DNA from: Nitrospirota bacterium
GTDB lineage: Bacteria; Nitrospirota; 9FT-COMBO-42-15; HDB-SIOI813
Length of the DNA: 64,000 bases
Assembly: GCA_020851375.1 (NCBI GenBank)
Contig: JADZCV010000045.1
Location: 128,046 to 192,045 of the forward strand
Direction of reading: 5' to 3'
In this document: positions 30,699 to 40,516 of the stretch, in pieces
How positions within the stretch are numbered: the stretch's first letter is position 1
Layout of the letters: each line of letters starts with the position of its first letter
Made by a program: the position numbers and the translations under genes
Notes under the pieces: model-generated
Seen by the model: the letters and a program-made list of their open reading frames with translations, nothing else
Databases searched by the model: none
Told to the model about the DNA's origin: nothing

Positions 30699-31998
30699 CA
30701 TTCAACAGAGGTACCCCTATCTTTTGCCTCTTGTTTTCCCCTTTAAACAATTCCCCCTTTCTTGCAGGCACGTCCCCACGCTCCCCCTCATGTTGTGCAT
30801 GAATCTTTACCGGCAGGCTTGAGGCATGCTGAACCGTATGCTTGCCAAACCGTTGTGAGAGCTCATCAACAGCGCTGTATATCCTGCCCATCTTCTCTAT
30901 TCCAGGCACATCATCAAACAGGGAGTACTGGACACTGCTGACAGGGACAAGACCGGCCAGGATAACGCCTGTTGACCTGTACTGGGTACCGCTCCTGTAT
31001 ATCTCCCTGAAGCCATTCCTGAGTATGCCTGTAAGCTCTGCCGGGAATGAAGTAGGGCGGCTTAGTTTCAGATCAACCCCATTGTCCCTGAAGTCCTGCA
31101 TCCTCAGAAACAGGATTAACCCCGAAGCTGCAAGTTTATGGCGCCTTGCCTTGATGCAGGCATTCTCAAGGTTTTTAGACAACTGGGCAAATATAAAGGT
31201 CTCATCCATTGACGAAGGGGTAAAGGTCTTTGTCTTGCTGATTGATTTATAACTGCTCTTTGACTCCCGTACTACAGGATAAACGCTCCTGCCATTTAAC
31301 TCATGCCATATCTCCTGATAGGGTTTGGAGAGGTATGCCTTTATAAACTCCTCTTTGCTGCGTGCAAATTCAAGGGCCGTTACTATATTAAACTTTCCAA
31401 GAAATGCAGAGGTGTTCGGACCTATGCCCCACAGCTTTCCAACAGGCAGATCTGAAAGGTATCTGTGTATGTCACCCCCGGGAATTATTGTGATCCCGCA
31501 TGGTTTTTTATACTTTGAGGCGACCTTGGCAAGCACCTTGGTAAGGCTTACACCGATAGAGACACTTATCCCCAGCTCCTTTGCTATCGCCTCCTGCACC
31601 CGCCCTGCAATATCTGAATATGGACCGTGAAAAGTCCTCCTGAGGCCGGTAAGATCCACAAATGCCTCATCAATCGAATACTCCTCCACATCAGGTGAGA
31701 AACGCCTGAGTATCTCAAACATCCTTATGGAAAAGAGGCTGTAGGTCTCATAATCAGATGGAAGGAGTACAACATCAGGGCAGGCCTTCTTAGCCTCAAA
31801 CAGCCTCATCCCGCGTTCTATACCCCTTGCCTTTGCCTCATAGCTTGCCGCAGCAACTATACCCCGCTCCTTTCCTGTTATGACAGGCCTCCCCTGAAGC
31901 TCGGGATGTATCGCCTGCTCGCATGATGCAAAAAACGCATCCGCATCCATGTGCATTATGGCCCTCGGCCATGAGTGGATTGTAATAGGCTTATCCAT
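30688..31998 (-). CDS. dinB: Y-family DNA polymerase (DinB/Pol IV-like)
   Basis: MHMDADAFFASCE catalytic N-terminus and a little-finger domain. It is the gene after lexA. The true start may be the internal M14-M17. Confidence 0.85.
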   Translation of the reverse strand: MDKPITIHSWPRAIMHMDADAFFASCEQAIHPELQGRPVITGKERGIVAAASYEAKARGIERGMRLFEAKKACPDVVLLPSDYETYSLFSIRMFEILRRFSPDVEEYSIDEAFVDLTGLRRTFHGPYSDIAGRVQEAIAKELGISVSIGVSLTKVLAKVASKYKKPCGITIIPGGDIHRYLSDLPVGKLWGIGPNTSAFLGKFNIVTALEFARSKEEFIKAYLSKPYQEIWHELNGRSVYPVVRESKSSYKSISKTKTFTPSSMDETFIFAQLSKNLENACIKARRHKLAASGLILFLRMQDFRDNGVDLKLSRPTSFPAELTGILRNGFREIYRSGTQYRSTGVILAGLVPVSSVQYSLFDDVPGIEKMGRIYSAVDELSQRFGKHTVQHASSLPVKIHAQHEGERGDVPARKGELFKGENKRQKIGVPLLNVKV

Positions 31999-32215
31999 GC
32001 TTTGTCATTCCTGCGAAAGCAGGAATCCAGATATTGTTACTCACAAATACTTTTATACAAGTCATTCCATTGTGGGCTCTCTTTTTCAATTAATTTTAGT
32101 TTCCATATTCTTTTCCATTTCTTTATTTGTTTGCTACAAAGAATATAAACATAATAATTCTTCATTCCTTACCTCTGGATTCCCGCTTACGCGGGAATGA
32201 CAAATAATAATTCCA
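31995..32215. repeat. Two family-2 type-B hairpins in the lexA-dinB spacer (ATTCCTGCGAAAGCAGGAAT at 32010-32029; ATTCCCGCTTACGCGGGAAT at 32178-32197) flanking AT-rich DNA
   Basis: ATTCCC-N8-GGGAAT architecture. The first copy carries a compensatory C-to-T / G-to-A pair that preserves the stem. Confidence 0.5.
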
Positions 32216-32236
32216 TACAACTACACATATTATCAA

Positions 32237-32836
32237 TTATATATACTTCCTCACGACTGCCGTTACCACACCGGCAATCTTCAACTCACTCTTGGGTCTT
32301 ATAGCTTTATACTTCGGATTTGCAGGCAACAGAGAAACCGCATCCCCGCGCTTTCTCAGATACTTCATGGTCCACTCCCCGTCTACCTCAGCAATCACAA
32401 TATCACCGCTCTTTGGGGTCTGAGACCTGTCTACTATAACCATGTCACCAGGGAGTATGCCGGCCTCAACCATGGAATCACCGGACACCTTTAGCAAAAA
32501 TGTAGCCTCCCTGTTCTCTACAAGCAGGTCATCAAAAGAGAGCGTATCCGCCAGCTCTTCCTCGGCAGCGCTCGGAAAGCCGGCCTCTACAGTGCCAAGG
32601 ACCCTCGTGCCTGATACCAATGACCTCGGTATAAGCCTCCCTGTATGGTCCCTCTCTACCACCCCCATCTCTTCAAGCCTGTTTACAAACTTGAACACGG
32701 CATTCTTCGACCTCATACCGAGCATTTTCCCTATCTCAGAAAAACTCGGCATACGCCCCCGCTGCTTATAAAACCGGGCTATGGCATGAAACCGCGATTT
32801 TAATTTAGCCTCTCTGCTATGTTCCAGCTTCTTCAC
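32237..32836 (-). CDS. lexA: SOS repressor LexA (GTG start)
   Basis: N-terminal winged HTH; C-terminal S24 peptidase with the catalytic Ser (GDSM) and Lys (KYL). SD AGGAG 9 nt before the GTG. Confidence 0.85.
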   Translation of the reverse strand: MKKLEHSREAKLKSRFHAIARFYKQRGRMPSFSEIGKMLGMRSKNAVFKFVNRLEEMGVVERDHTGRLIPRSLVSGTRVLGTVEAGFPSAAEEELADTLSFDDLLVENREATFLLKVSGDSMVEAGILPGDMVIVDRSQTPKSGDIVIAEVDGEWTMKYLRKRGDAVSLLPANPKYKAIRPKSELKIAGVVTAVVRKYI

Positions 32837-33297
32837 TCGAAAATACTCCTAAGTACCCGTCATTCCCACGTAACCTGTCCCCGCAGGATTTAAGCACCCG
32901 TCATTCCCACGGAAGTGGGAATCCAGAATCAGGCCCACGGTCTGGATTCCCGCTTACGCGGGAATGACGTTTTCATGAACCCTGGTGAGCCCTGAGCTGT
33001 GAGCTTGTCGAACAGTCGAAGGGCTCATGACAGTTCACCTTAAAATCCCAGTTATTTACCACAAAGACACAAAGGACACAAAGAATTATATTCCAGATAC
33101 ATCATCCAAAAATGCTCCTATTCACCCGTCATTCCCACGTAACCTGTCCCCGCAGGATTTAAGCGGGGAGTGGGAATCCAGTATCAGGCCCACGGTCTGG
33201 ATTCCCGCTTACGCGGGAATGACGTTTTCATGAACCCTGGTGAGCCCTGAGCTGTGAGCTTGTCGAACAGTCGAAGGGCTCATGACGGTTCACCTAA
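32837..33297. repeat. Repeat family 2, tandem composite array (A-A-B-C-D-A-B-C)
   Basis: About 460 bp of nested hairpins. The sequence is near-identical to the copies at 27741-27965 and 43305-43503, including the CACAAAGACACAAAGGACACAAAGAA module. Confidence 0.65.
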
Positions 33298-33418
33298 AAA
33301 TACCACCCTCACCCGTACCCTCTCCCTGCCATCTTTATAATAGGTGAACATTCGTTTACTGTCAAGGAGAAAACTTCATTTATTGCAATAACCCGCTTTA
33401 TTAAAGTAATATGTCATC

Positions 33419-34561
33419 ATGCAAAACAACCATCGCCTGCGTGAGGTGGCATTGCTCTTTCTCAAGCTTGGCGTCACGGCGTTCGGCGGCCCGGCGGCTC
33501 ACATAGCCATGATGCGGGATGAGGTCGTAAAGCGCCGGAAATGGGTGGATGATCATCACTTTCTTGACCTGCTCGGTGCAACAAATCTTATACCGGGTCC
33601 TAATTCAACTGAGATGACAATCCACCTAGGCCTTCTCCGGGCAGGATGGAAAGGCCTTATCACAGCCGGCACATGTTTCATCCTTCCTGCCATGCTGATG
33701 GTCATGGCAATAGCATGGGCGTATGTCCGTTTTGGCGCAATGCCTGAGGTCTCCTGGCTCCTCTACGGCGTTAAACCGGTTGTCATAGCAATAATTGTAC
33801 AGGCGTTATGGGGATTGGGGCGCCGGGCCGTCAAAGGATTATTAACGGCAATTATTGGACTGACCGTTCTCATACTCTATTTCTTTGGAGTTAACGAGAT
33901 ACTCCTGCTTTTTGCCGGCGGGTTTGTTGCAATAATTGCAAATAATCTGACATGGTCACGGAAAGACAACCTCCCTGGGTTAATTGCACCTGTTGCCGGG
34001 CTCTCATTACCGGCAGCAGCATCATCTGTTGTCCCTTTCAAACTTTCACACCTCTTCCTCATATTCCTCAAGATCGGCTCAGTCTTATACGGGAGCGGCT
34101 ATGTACTGCTCGCATTTCTTCATAATGACTTTGTTTCGCGCCTCGGCTGGCTCACAGACCAGCAGTTGATTGATGCCATTGCAATCGGACAGGTAACTCC
34201 GGGACCTGTATTCACTACCGCAACATTCATAGGATATATACTTGGAGGCATCCCCGGGGCAATACTTGCCACCATCGGCATATTTCTCCCGTCATTTATC
34301 CTGGTGGCTGTTACTAACCCGCTAATCCCGCGTCTCAGACACTCTCCCCGTATAAGTGCGTTCCTGGACGGCGTAAACATCTCATCCCTTGGACTGATGG
34401 CCGCAGTAACGGTTCAGCTTAGCCAGACATCCCTCATAGACCCTCTTACAATTATAATGGCCGTCACAGCCGCCATCCTGTTGGTTTACTTTAAAGTCAA
34501 TTCAACATGGCTCATTGCCGGCGGGGCCGCGACTGGTCTTATCAAAAGTTTCCTTCTGTAA
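33419..34561 (+). CDS. chrA: Chromate transporter ChrA (CHR family, duplicated domains)
   Basis: GVTAFGGPAAHIAMMRDEVV motif and a 10-12 TM architecture. Confidence 0.9.
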   Translation: MQNNHRLREVALLFLKLGVTAFGGPAAHIAMMRDEVVKRRKWVDDHHFLDLLGATNLIPGPNSTEMTIHLGLLRAGWKGLITAGTCFILPAMLMVMAIAWAYVRFGAMPEVSWLLYGVKPVVIAIIVQALWGLGRRAVKGLLTAIIGLTVLILYFFGVNEILLLFAGGFVAIIANNLTWSRKDNLPGLIAPVAGLSLPAAASSVVPFKLSHLFLIFLKIGSVLYGSGYVLLAFLHNDFVSRLGWLTDQQLIDAIAIGQVTPGPVFTTATFIGYILGGIPGAILATIGIFLPSFILVAVTNPLIPRLRHSPRISAFLDGVNISSLGLMAAVTVQLSQTSLIDPLTIIMAVTAAILLVYFKVNSTWLIAGGAATGLIKSFLL

Positions 34562-34662
34562 TCTTAATCATTCGGTTCATTGACAGCAATATGGCTAACT
34601 GATATTATGTCAATATACTTTCATTATTTCTAAACTAAATAAAGACTTTAGAGGCTGAATTC

Positions 34663-34980
34663 ATGGAAAAAGAGATATACGAGATACATGCAAGCATATG
34701 TCAGATTATGGCAAATGCCAAGAGGCTTGAGATCATCAGCATCCTTGGAAACAGGGAATTGACAGTCGGTGAGCTTGCTGAAAAGATGGATATCAGGATG
34801 GCCAATCTATCCCAGCACCTGTCTATAATGAAGGCAAAGGGGATACTCAAATCCCGTCGGGAAGGTGTCAGCATCTATTACCGTATTGCAAACCCTAAGG
34901 TAGTTCAGGCCTGCAAATTGATGCGTGAGGTTATGATGGAGCAGATCAGGGAAAAGGGACGCCTTTCGATGTCAGGGTAA
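34663..34980 (+). CDS. ArsR/SmtB-family metalloregulator
   Basis: ArsR-type HTH ([30 protein letters not shown]). Confidence 0.8.
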   Translation: MEKEIYEIHASICQIMANAKRLEIISILGNRELTVGELAEKMDIRMANLSQHLSIMKAKGILKSRREGVSIYYRIANPKVVQACKLMREVMMEQIREKGRLSMSG

Positions 34981-34982
34981 TT

Positions 34983-35441
34983 ATGAAAATATGGATTGAC
35001 GCAGACGCGTGCCCCCGGGCCATCAGGGAGATTGTGTTCCGGGCCTCGCTGCGCCTTGATGTCCCGGTCTGCCTCGTGGCAAATCAGGATCTGTCGGGAG
35101 CCCATTCTATTCTGGTAACGTCTGTGCGGGTTGCCCCTGGTTTTGACAACGCGGACGAGCATATCATCCGGCATGTCACATCAGGGGACCTGGTGATTAC
35201 TGCCGACATTCCGCTGGCCGCCCGGATCGTTGACAAGGGAGGGGTTGCCCTCGACCCTCGGGGGGATCTCTACACGGAAGAAAATGTAGGGGAGCGGCTC
35301 TCCATGCGCAACCTGATGCAGGAACTCCGGATGGAGGGGATAGTCAGGGGTGGGCCTGCCCAGTTGGGCCTACCGGACCGGCAGCGCTTTGCCTCTGCCC
35401 TGGACCGCCTGCTGACCCGCATGCTAAAGAGCGGTCGCTGA
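34983..35441 (+). CDS. YaiI/DUF188 (UPF0178) family protein
   Basis: N-terminal [11 protein letters not shown] signature. Its start codon lies 3 nt after the arsR stop. Confidence 0.7.
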   Translation: MKIWIDADACPRAIREIVFRASLRLDVPVCLVANQDLSGAHSILVTSVRVAPGFDNADEHIIRHVTSGDLVITADIPLAARIVDKGGVALDPRGDLYTEENVGERLSMRNLMQELRMEGIVRGGPAQLGLPDRQRFASALDRLLTRMLKSGR

Positions 35442-35520
35442 CAGCAGACTCGTTAAGAAGTCTTGTTGCGACCTTATCATGTCAGGGTAATCAATGTCAG
35501 GATAATCTATTGACACAGAC

Positions 35521-36024
35521 ATGGCGTATTGCTATTTTATATCTGTGCTGTTTACCCTCATACATATAATCCATCTCCTGACCGTCATAATCTGGATCGG
35601 CGGTCTAAGCTTCATAACAATAATTGTCATCCCAATGCTTATAAAGTGGGACGCCCCCCTTCAGAAGGCCCTCACCTTTCAGAGTATTGAACACAAGTTC
35701 GCCCCTATAGCAAGGGTTTATAATCTTATAACCGGGGCAACGGGTTTCATAATGGTCTACCTCACCGGCTGGCACAAACTTTACTTTACGGCAAAAGGGC
35801 TGCCACTGCTTATTATGACTGTCATCTGGCTGATCTGGTTTGTAATGCTCTTCGGACTCGAACCGCTAATTGTAAAAAAGATGCTCGACAACATGGCAAA
35901 GAACGGTGTAAAGATGGAGATAGAGGCTGTCTTTGCAAGAATGAACCTGATGCACTGGGTCCTGCTGACTGCCTCGCTCGTGGCATCAATTGCCGGAATA
36001 GTCTTTGCCCATAGCTACTTCTAA
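35521..36024 (+). CDS. Hypothetical integral membrane protein (4-5 TM segments)
   Basis: Hydrophobic segments only; no recognisable motif. Confidence 0.4.
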   Translation: MAYCYFISVLFTLIHIIHLLTVIIWIGGLSFITIIVIPMLIKWDAPLQKALTFQSIEHKFAPIARVYNLITGATGFIMVYLTGWHKLYFTAKGLPLLIMTVIWLIWFVMLFGLEPLIVKKMLDNMAKNGVKMEIEAVFARMNLMHWVLLTASLVASIAGIVFAHSYF

Positions 36025-36232
36025 GGCAGGCCGGTACTGTCAATGCTCAGGGCTGGGATAATCTTCTATATCCCTGGCTTTATCATAATATTGACAGGAC
36101 GGCGCATCCTGTGCCCTTTGCTCGGATTTGTTTAACCTCTGTCCCACCAAATATGATTCACATCATAGGATATTTCCTGAATCGTTGTAATATTATTTAC
36201 AAGCATAATTTATAAGGAAGGATGTACGGCCA

Positions 36233-36784
36233 ATGGTTGCAACAGATGCCTTAAAAAAAGATCACAGGGTAATTGAAGAGATGCTCAGGCTGCTGGAATT
36301 GACATCTAAAAAGCTGAATAATGGTGTAGACGTATCAGCAGACATCCTCCAAAAGTCATTGGATTTTATACTAAATTTCGCTGACAAATATCATCACGCC
36401 AAAGAAGAGGACATCCTGTTTAAAAAGATGGGAGAGAAGGGCTTCGGCATAGAAGGCGGCCCTGTTGCCGTAATGCTTGATGAACATAATACCGGACGAG
36501 GTTATACGCAGGCATTGTCAGCGGAAATAGAAAAGTACGCGGCAGGCGATGGTGACGCACGCAAGGCTGTCGCTGAAAATTCAAGAAATTATGTACGCCT
36601 TATGACTACTCACATCATGAAAGAAGATAACATCCTCTACCCATTGGCGGATAAGATAATTTCTCAGGATGAACAGAAAGAACTCCTTAATGAGTTTAAC
36701 CTCATAGAAAACCTTCGGTTTGGAAATGGGCGGCTCTTCTTCTATCTGAGTATGCCGGATGATCTGATCAGGGCGATGCACTGA
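36233..36784 (+). CDS. Hemerythrin-like (HHE cation-binding) domain protein
   Basis: His/Glu ligand spacing of the hemerythrin-like fold: HxxxE...HHxxEE...H...HxxxE (KKDHRVIEEM, KYHHAKEED, MLDEHN, HIMKED). Confidence 0.7.
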   Translation: MVATDALKKDHRVIEEMLRLLELTSKKLNNGVDVSADILQKSLDFILNFADKYHHAKEEDILFKKMGEKGFGIEGGPVAVMLDEHNTGRGYTQALSAEIEKYAAGDGDARKAVAENSRNYVRLMTTHIMKEDNILYPLADKIISQDEQKELLNEFNLIENLRFGNGRLFFYLSMPDDLIRAMH

Positions 36785-36864
36785 CAATGGCCTTGACATA
36801 CCTGCGATGCTGGATGTATTATGATTTTTCAAATTTTAATGGGTCCGGGAGGAACAAATAATCT

Positions 36865-37431
36865 ATGGAAAATCAAGATAAATTCACCGCACTGCACAGG
36901 ATACTGCACTGGATAATAGCCCTGACAATGCCCATCCAATTCATAACCGGTTTTTTACGCATGTACTGGATGAACAAAAACCATATTGTCAGCATCATTG
37001 AGAATGAAACTATAAATTCACCACTATCAAAAGAGCAAATGGTGAATATTGCAATATCAATCCGTGAACCAATGTGGGAATGGCATGAACTATTTGCCGA
37101 CATAGTTATTATTGCCTTTATTGCAAGAATTATTTATATGCTGGTAAAGAAGTCCCGTTTTTCTAATCCATTTACAGGGACTCTCACTTTGAAAGAGCGA
37201 TTAAAAGGCCTGACGTATGTCTATTTTTATCTGTTTGTCTTCATTTCTGCAGTTACTGGAATTTTCATTGAATGGGAGCTTCTTCCTCAATGGAAAGAAG
37301 GTATTGAAACAATTCACAAGTGGGGCCTTTATTGGTTTCCTATCTTCATTCTGCTTCATTTTGGAGGAATTTTCCTTGCCGAATTATCCAATGAGAAGGG
37401 TCTCACTTCTAAAATGATTGGGGGAGATTAA
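36865..37431 (+). CDS. Cytochrome b561/b-type cytochrome-like membrane protein
   Basis: N-terminal FTALHRILHW is typical of prokaryotic cytochrome b561; 4 TM segments with conserved His residues. Confidence 0.5.
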   Translation: MENQDKFTALHRILHWIIALTMPIQFITGFLRMYWMNKNHIVSIIENETINSPLSKEQMVNIAISIREPMWEWHELFADIVIIAFIARIIYMLVKKSRFSNPFTGTLTLKERLKGLTYVYFYLFVFISAVTGIFIEWELLPQWKEGIETIHKWGLYWFPIFILLHFGGIFLAELSNEKGLTSKMIGGD

Positions 37432-37742
37432 GTATCTCTAAATCGGTATTTCATCCCGAATCTTCGCGTACGGCCCGCCATGCCGGCGGGCGTGCAGGTA
37501 TGGCGCAGTCTCTTTGCTATCACATCTTTTGAATGCGGGAAATTGCTCTGAAAAACATATTTTTCTTATGGTACATCACGCCCGTGGATAGCATTACAAT
37601 AGTTCCAATACATTCTCTTTCGCCCCTGCATTGACGTTCTTCATCAAGGCAAGATGTAAAAAGCAGACACCAGTGTTATATTTATTAATGGAAAGCCACG
37701 CAAACCGGCTATAGTCAAAATATATGAACCTTACCGCCTGGG

Positions 37743-38837
37743 ATGGAGGATCAAATGACGGAAATGACCGGCAACAGCAATAGAAAGATCATAGCCTTCG
37801 TCACACTGGGGCTGCTCGCAGCCGTATGCGCGGCCGCGCTCATTGTCTATCTCAATTACAGGCAAAAGCACATAAGCACTGACGATGCCTTCATAGACGG
37901 CAACATTCACACAATTGCATCAAGGATACCAGGCACTGTAAAACAGATACTGGTCAGGGACAATCAGCCAATTAAGGCAGGAGACCTGCTCATCCTGATA
38001 AGTCCTGAAGACTATCAGGTCCAGGAGCAGGAGGCTTTCGCAGCATACATGGCAGGTGAGGCAAGGCAGGCAGCGGCATCCGCTTCGCTTGAGTCAGCGA
38101 GAAAGAAGCTGGATGAAGTCACGCTATCAGCAGCATCAGCAAAGGCTGACTTGCAGCTCAATGAAGCTGACATGAGACAGGCTGAACTTGATATGAAGCG
38201 CGCTGACGACCTCTACAAAAAGGAGGCCATATCCAAAGAGGCGTACGAGCAGGCACTGACCAATTACGAAACTGCTGCTGCCCGTGCAGCCTCTGCAAAC
38301 GCAAATCTCACCAGGGCCATCTCATCAATCGGGACCCAGAAGGCTATAATTGAAGAGGCATCTGCAGCAGTTAAGGTGCAGGCATCTGAGGTGGGCAAAG
38401 AGCAGGCTGCACTTTCTTATGCAAGGCTTAATGTGGGATACACAAAAATATTTGCGCCGGTTGACGGCGTGGTTACAAAACGTACAGTACAGAAAGGCAA
38501 CCAGATACAGCCAGGACAGGCGTTGATGGCTGTTGTGCCGCTGGACGATATCTGGGTTACAGCCAACTACAAGGAGACCCAGCTCAAAAATGTCAGACCA
38601 GGACAGAAGGTACAGATAAGGGTGGATATGTATCCGGACAAAAAGTTTCAGGGCAGGATTGACAGCATAATGGCCGGAACCGGTGCCGCATTTTCCCTCT
38701 TTCCGCCCGAAAATGCCACTGGCAATTATGTGAAGATAGTGCAGAGGATACCAGTGAAAATTGTATTTGAAAAACCTGATTCAGAACACATCCTGCGTGT
38801 CGGCATGTCAGTGGAACCCACTATCCTTGTTGAGTGA
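37743..38837 (+). CDS. emrA: HlyD/EmrA-family membrane fusion protein
   Basis: N-terminal TM segment, a long coiled-coil hairpin, and a C-terminal beta domain; lies upstream of an MFS DHA2 pump. Confidence 0.85.
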   Translation: MEDQMTEMTGNSNRKIIAFVTLGLLAAVCAAALIVYLNYRQKHISTDDAFIDGNIHTIASRIPGTVKQILVRDNQPIKAGDLLILISPEDYQVQEQEAFAAYMAGEARQAAASASLESARKKLDEVTLSAASAKADLQLNEADMRQAELDMKRADDLYKKEAISKEAYEQALTNYETAAARAASANANLTRAISSIGTQKAIIEEASAAVKVQASEVGKEQAALSYARLNVGYTKIFAPVDGVVTKRTVQKGNQIQPGQALMAVVPLDDIWVTANYKETQLKNVRPGQKVQIRVDMYPDKKFQGRIDSIMAGTGAAFSLFPPENATGNYVKIVQRIPVKIVFEKPDSEHILRVGMSVEPTILVE

Positions 38838-38910
38838 TGTAACGATTTGACACTGCTAAAACAGGAATTTATCGTTTCCTGACTTTGCCAGAATCTGCGG
38901 GGATATACAT

Positions 38911-40440
38911 TTGAATAAGTGGCTTATAGCATTGACAGTCATGCTTCCCACACTGATCGAGATAATAGATACCTCGGTCGTGAATGTATCGCTCGAACAC
39001 ATACGCGGCAGTCTTTCAGCCGGCGTTGATGAATCCACCTGGACAATAACCTCATACCTCGTTTCTAACGCAATCATAATACCACTTACAGGGTGGCTCA
39101 GCAGGAGATTCGGCAGAAAGAGATATCTGCTCTTTTCAATAGGGCTCTTCACTGCCAGCTCATTCATGTGCGGGGCAGCGTGGAACCTCCAGAGCCTGGT
39201 ATTCTTCAGGATACTCCAGGGTATCGGCGGCGGGGCAATGCAGCCAATCTCACAATCAATCCTGCTCGAGTCGTTTCCGCCCCGTCAGCACGGCATCGCG
39301 ATGGCCGTATTCGGTGTGGGTATCATGTTCGGACCGATTGTAGGACCGCTTATGGGCGGCTGGCTCACTGACAACTGGTCATGGCACTGGATATTCTTCA
39401 TCAATGTGCCGATCGGCATAATTTCAATGTTCATGGTCCTGTTCTTTATCTCTGATCCTCCATATCTAAAGGGGAAGGGGCTAAAGGTTGATTACGCTGG
39501 CCTTGGCCTGCTCGCCATCTCGCTTGGCTGCCTTCAGGTGGTGCTTGACAAAGGACAGCAGGAAGACTGGTTTGCTTCACAGTTCATAGTAGCACTAACA
39601 TTCATCTCTGTTGTTTCTCTGATTTCCTTCATAATTAATGAGCTCCGCGTTGAAAATCCAATTGTTAACCTCAGACTATTCAGACAGGCAACATTCAGCG
39701 CAGGCAATATTGTGATGTTCTGCGCATTTTTCAATCTTTTTGGCAGCATAGTGCTTCTGCCGATATACCTTCAAACTCTTATGGGATATACTTCAACCCT
39801 GTCAGGTCTTGTGCTCGGCCCCGGAGGCATTGCCACGCTCATAGTCATGCCAATAGCAGGGCTGCTTGTAACCAGGGTGAATCCAAAAACACTGCTCGCT
39901 TTTGGTATCATCGTATGTTCGTATTCAACATATGTGATGTCCCAGTTCAACCTGTATGCAGACTTTACAACTATACTCTGGCCCAGGATTCTCCTTGGAA
40001 TTGGGATGGGGTCTCTCTTCATACCGCTCACAACCATGACAATGTCCGGTATAAGAAAAGAAGATATGGGAGATGCCACATCATTCTATAATCTGCTGCG
40101 GAATCTTGGAGGCAGCTTTGGGGTGGCATTTGTTGCCACGACACTTGCAAGGAGGTCCCAGTTTCACCAGGGCAGGCTGTCAGAGGGGTTTACTCAGTTT
40201 GACCCGGCGTTTCAGCAGGCAGTTTCAACAATTGAAAGTACCCTGCGAGGGGCAGGGGCTGATCCGGCAACCTCGTCATACGGCAGTCTCGATATTCTAT
40301 ACAAAGAACTTATACGTCAGGCAGCAATGCTCTCCTTTAACGATGCCTTTTACATTGTGAGCATATTGATGCTGCTTACACTTCCGCTGATTTTTCTGAT
40401 GCGCAGGACAAAGTCGGCCGAATTACCGCCGATGCATTAA
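38911..40440 (+). CDS. emrB: MFS DHA2-family efflux pump (EmrB/QacA-like, 14 TM), TTG start
   Basis: 509 aa with 14 predicted TM segments and the conserved motif GRKRYLLFSIGLF. GGGGA lies 8 nt before the TTG. Confidence 0.9.
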   Translation: MNKWLIALTVMLPTLIEIIDTSVVNVSLEHIRGSLSAGVDESTWTITSYLVSNAIIIPLTGWLSRRFGRKRYLLFSIGLFTASSFMCGAAWNLQSLVFFRILQGIGGGAMQPISQSILLESFPPRQHGIAMAVFGVGIMFGPIVGPLMGGWLTDNWSWHWIFFINVPIGIISMFMVLFFISDPPYLKGKGLKVDYAGLGLLAISLGCLQVVLDKGQQEDWFASQFIVALTFISVVSLISFIINELRVENPIVNLRLFRQATFSAGNIVMFCAFFNLFGSIVLLPIYLQTLMGYTSTLSGLVLGPGGIATLIVMPIAGLLVTRVNPKTLLAFGIIVCSYSTYVMSQFNLYADFTTILWPRILLGIGMGSLFIPLTTMTMSGIRKEDMGDATSFYNLLRNLGGSFGVAFVATTLARRSQFHQGRLSEGFTQFDPAFQQAVSTIESTLRGAGADPATSSYGSLDILYKELIRQAAMLSFNDAFYIVSILMLLTLPLIFLMRRTKSAELPPMH

Positions 40441-40516
40441 ATGATACCCAAAGAGATCAGACAAACGAACTTCGGGTGCTCCCGAAAGAGTAAACCAGGA
40501 CGCTGCTGCACACCTG

